DNA from: Rikenellaceae bacterium
GTDB taxonomy: Bacteria; Bacteroidota; Bacteroidia; Bacteroidales; Rikenellaceae
Reading direction: 5' to 3'
DNA length: 64,000 bases
Assembly (NCBI GenBank): GCA_017425655.1
Contig: JAFPAT010000009.1
Location: 2,534-66,533, forward strand
This document shows positions 61,197 to 64,000 of this stretch, piece after piece. The position numbers and the translations under genes are program-made. The notes under the pieces are model-generated. The model made no database searches. It saw nothing but the letters and a program-made list of their open reading frames with translations, and had not been told where the DNA came from. Within the stretch, counting starts at the first letter, position 1, and each line of letters begins with the position of its first letter.

Positions 61197-62189
61197 ATGG
61201 CAATATTAGCATTCCAAAAGCCTGAAAAGGTGATTATGCTCGAATCTTCGTCCAACTTCGGAAAGTTTGAGTTCCGTCCGTTGGAGCCCGGATTCGGTAT
61301 GACCATCGGTAACGCTTTGCGTCGTATCCTGCTCTCGTCGTTGGAGGGCTATGCAATCACGACCGTAAAGGTAGCCGGTGTCGATCACGAGTTTGCCGCT
61401 ATCCCCGGTGTGATGGAGGGAATGATTGATGTGATCCTGAATTTGAAGCAGGTTCGCTTTGTACGCACGGTTGACAACGAGGAGGCCGAGAAGGTTTCGA
61501 TCAACGTTGCCGGCGTAACCGAGCTGACCGCAGGTTACATCTCGAACTTCCTTTCGTTCTTCAAAGTGTTGAATCCCGATCTGGTGATCTGCCGTCTGTC
61601 GCCCGGAACGAAGATGCAGATCGACCTGACGATTGGTAAAGGCCGCGGTTATGTGCCCGCCGACGAGAATCGTCCTGAGGACGCAGAGTTCGGTCTGTTG
61701 CCTATCGATTCGATCCACACACCGATCAAAAACGTCAAGTATTCTATCGAGAACTATCGTGTCGAGCAGAAGACTGACTACGAAAAACTGAATCTGGAGA
61801 TTACCACCGACGGCTCGATCCACCCGAAGGAGGCGTTGAAGGAGGCTGCCAAGATTCTGATTCAGCACTTTATGTTGTTCTCTGACGAGAAGATCACTCT
61901 CAATATGGAGGAGAACGGTGGTGCAGAGGAGTTTGATGAGGATGTACTGCATATGCGTCAGCTCCTCAAGACCAAGCTCTCGGATCAGGATTTGAGTGTT
62001 CGCGCTCTGAACTGCTTGAAGGCTGCCGAGGTTGATACCGTAGGTGATCTGGTTCGCTACAACCGCAACGACCTGCTTAAGTTCCGCAACTTCGGTAAGA
62101 AGTCGCTGACCGAGCTCGACGACCTGCTGGCATCGCTCAATCTCCACTTCGGAATGGACGTATCTATCTACAAACTTGATAAAGATTAA
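61197..62189 (+). CDS. rpoA: RNA polymerase subunit alpha
   Basis: [37 protein letters not shown]. Confidence 0.99.
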   Translation: MAILAFQKPEKVIMLESSSNFGKFEFRPLEPGFGMTIGNALRRILLSSLEGYAITTVKVAGVDHEFAAIPGVMEGMIDVILNLKQVRFVRTVDNEEAEKVSINVAGVTELTAGYISNFLSFFKVLNPDLVICRLSPGTKMQIDLTIGKGRGYVPADENRPEDAEFGLLPIDSIHTPIKNVKYSIENYRVEQKTDYEKLNLEITTDGSIHPKEALKEAAKILIQHFMLFSDEKITLNMEENGGAEEFDEDVLHMRQLLKTKLSDQDLSVRALNCLKAAEVDTVGDLVRYNRNDLLKFRNFGKKSLTELDDLLASLNLHFGMDVSIYKLDKD

Positions 62190-62193
62190 TTAA

Positions 62194-62757
62194 ATGAGAC
62201 ACAATAAAAATTTCAATCACCTTGGCAGACAGAGCAGCCACCGCAAGGCTTTGATGTCGAATATGGCATCGTCGCTCATCCTGCACAAGCGTATCGAGAC
62301 AACTGTTGCAAAGGCAAAGGCTCTGCGTCAGTTTGTTGAGCCTCTGGTAACTCGCGCAAAGGAGGATACCACTCACTCGCGTCGTGTAGTATTCAGCTAC
62401 TTGAAGCAGAAGGAGGCAGTTTCGGAGTTGTTCCGTACCATCGCTCCCAAGATCGCTGATCGTCCGGGCGGTTACACCCGTATCTTGAAGACCGGCTTCC
62501 GTCTGGGTGATGCTGCTGATATGTGCATCATCGAGTTCGTTGATTTCAACGAGGCTTACACCACCGGCGTTGTTTCGACCGAGGCTAAGCCCAAGACTCG
62601 CCGTTCGCGCAAGCCCGCAGCAAAGAAGACTGACGCTGTTGAGGACGCTACCGTAGTTAAGGCAGCTCCCAAGGCAAAGCCCGCTGCACAGAAGGCTGTT
62701 AAGAATACCGGTGCAAAGGTTGCTGCAACCAAGACCAACGTAGGTAAGAAGATGTAA
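62194..62757 (+). CDS. rplQ: 50S ribosomal protein L17 with Lys/Ala-rich C-terminal extension
   Basis: [22 protein letters not shown]. Confidence 0.98.
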   Translation: MRHNKNFNHLGRQSSHRKALMSNMASSLILHKRIETTVAKAKALRQFVEPLVTRAKEDTTHSRRVVFSYLKQKEAVSELFRTIAPKIADRPGGYTRILKTGFRLGDAADMCIIEFVDFNEAYTTGVVSTEAKPKTRRSRKPAAKKTDAVEDATVVKAAPKAKPAAQKAVKNTGAKVAATKTNVGKKM

Positions 62758-62779
62758 TTTTACAAATAATTACCGTTTG

Positions 62780-62808
62780 AGGGTGCTCCAAATGGAGCAC
62801 CCTTTTTT
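62780..62808 (+). terminator. Terminator of the ribosomal cluster
   Basis: AGGGTGCTCCA/TGGAGCACCCT plus T-run. Confidence 0.88.
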
Positions 62809-62829
62809 GTTGAGAAGCGAGGATGTCGC

Positions 62830-64000
62830 TTAAAGATCAACGACTTTCATCGGAAATTGAGCGTAGTGAGGTATCGCCTGCCCGATTGAGGCATCGACAT
62901 ACGAAGGGTCGCAGAGAGTGAAACACTGCCCACGATAGAGGATGTTGGTCCCTTTGACGGGAGAGGAGAAGGCAACGCCGCAGGCGATGTGTCCAATCGG
63001 TTCGATCGTGGGATCGATCTGATACTCAATAAGTATGGTCGGGAGCGAGAGCAGATTGTCGATCAACCACGAATAGATCAACGTGCGATCTTTGCAGTTG
63101 TTGCGCCCGTAAAAGAGCGACTCCTCGATGGTCATCTGCTTGTGTCGGCCAAAGAGGTCGCTGTCGCTGGTGAAATCGAATCCGTGCTGTACCAATCCGA
63201 GCAGAAATTGTGCTGCCGAGAGCTCCGAGAGTCTGTTGATATGTTTGTTGAGCGATGTCAGAATGGTGTCGGCCAGAGGGCGGGCAATCTCGGCACGATG
63301 AAAAGGGGCTTTCTCGGTTGTAGGATAGCTACGCATCAGTTCGATGCGTGCCGGCGAAATGGGAACAGAGATCTTCTCTCCGAGGTAGGTGCTCCATCGA
63401 GGTAGGGCGATATTCACGATGCGTGGGGTGTTGATCCCGACTCCGATCTCGATCGAGAGAGGGCGGAGGGTCGAGTCGCGCTGCTCGGAAATCGGAATGT
63501 AACCATCTGGTGTTGAGTGATATTCAAAGATGTAGAACCGCCGCCCGTCAATCTCGATATAACCCCGTTCATAGACCGTTCCGTCGAAGGGTAGGAGCAT
63601 AACCAGTTGCTTGCCACTCAATGCCGCCCGCGCATCGAAGCCCATTTTGCCGAGCAGAAAGATCTGCAAAGCGATCTTCTCGTTGCTCATTGTTGCGGAG
63701 TATGCCGCCTCGCTCACCGCCCGCACAAGCAGATAACGACCCCAATCGCACAGACTGCAATCGGTGCAGAATCGACGCAACTGAACGATAAGGTCGTTGT
63801 GAGGGCTGTTTAACATCTTGTTTTTAAGCGATATATATTGTTCTGCGCTCGGCTTGCTCAATCGCCCAAGCAGTGTCTGCGAAATCTCAAATTGGAGAGT
63901 ATCGCCCAAAAACGAAACGGACAGCTGTCTGGTCGCGCTTTGCGCGTTGCTTTTGCCTTGCACGTGCCACCCAGCAAGAGCAATCAGCAGTGCGCAGCAG
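62830..64000 (-). CDS. Secreted transglutaminase-like (Cys-His-Asp) protein, 5'-truncated by window edge
   Basis: Frame stays open to the edge with a signal-peptide-like stretch (CCALLIALAGWHVQG); NCKDR, GHIACGV, CDPSY motifs. Confidence 0.65.
   Translation of the reverse strand, partial: CCALLIALAGWHVQGKSNAQSATRQLSVSFLGDTLQFEISQTLLGRLSKPSAEQYISLKNKMLNSPHNDLIVQLRRFCTDCSLCDWGRYLLVRAVSEAAYSATMSNEKIALQIFLLGKMGFDARAALSGKQLVMLLPFDGTVYERGYIEIDGRRFYIFEYHSTPDGYIPISEQRDSTLRPLSIEIGVGINTPRIVNIALPRWSTYLGEKISVPISPARIELMRSYPTTEKAPFHRAEIARPLADTILTSLNKHINRLSELSAAQFLLGLVQHGFDFTSDSDLFGRHKQMTIEESLFYGRNNCKDRTLIYSWLIDNLLSLPTILIEYQIDPTIEPIGHIACGVAFSSPVKGTNILYRGQCFTLCDPSYVDASIGQAIPHYAQFPMKVVDL

Noticed and set aside
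62560-62757. Lys/Ala-rich extension of L17
   Set aside because: C-terminal extensions of L17 are common in Bacteroidota.

Overview
Core-genome segment of a Bacteroidota bacterium, most like Rikenellaceae/Alistipes relatives. This rests on gene order, TAnnTTTG (-7) promoters, general lack of Shine-Dalgarno sites, and EF-G2. Bases 1-43.5 kb hold housekeeping genes (gldE, rsmG, ECF sigma, tgt, lptG-like, rluD, rbfA, folK, holB, dut, xseAB, prfA, fusA2, relA-like RSH, cstA, murA, leuS, pyrF), tRNA-Thr(CGT), tRNA-Leu(CAG) and a small AT-rich three-ORF insert. Bases 44-62.8 kb hold the complete str-S10-spc-alpha ribosomal cluster. I found no transposase, integrase, prophage or CRISPR array. The most unusual signals are: (1) a 15-bp motif ATATAWTATATAGGT in five intergenic regions, all on the + strand, plus a related near-palindrome written into fusA with atypical codons; (2) three long, structured spacers inside the ribosomal cluster; (3) SecY with an extra N-terminal hydrophobic helix; (4) a tandem trio of paralogous two-TM microproteins; (5) a 20-bp-phased repeat array between a membrane LytTR gene and an SGNH hydrolase; (6) a putative orphan-immunity cassette stretch. 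All calls were made by eye; no database searches or folding computations were run.
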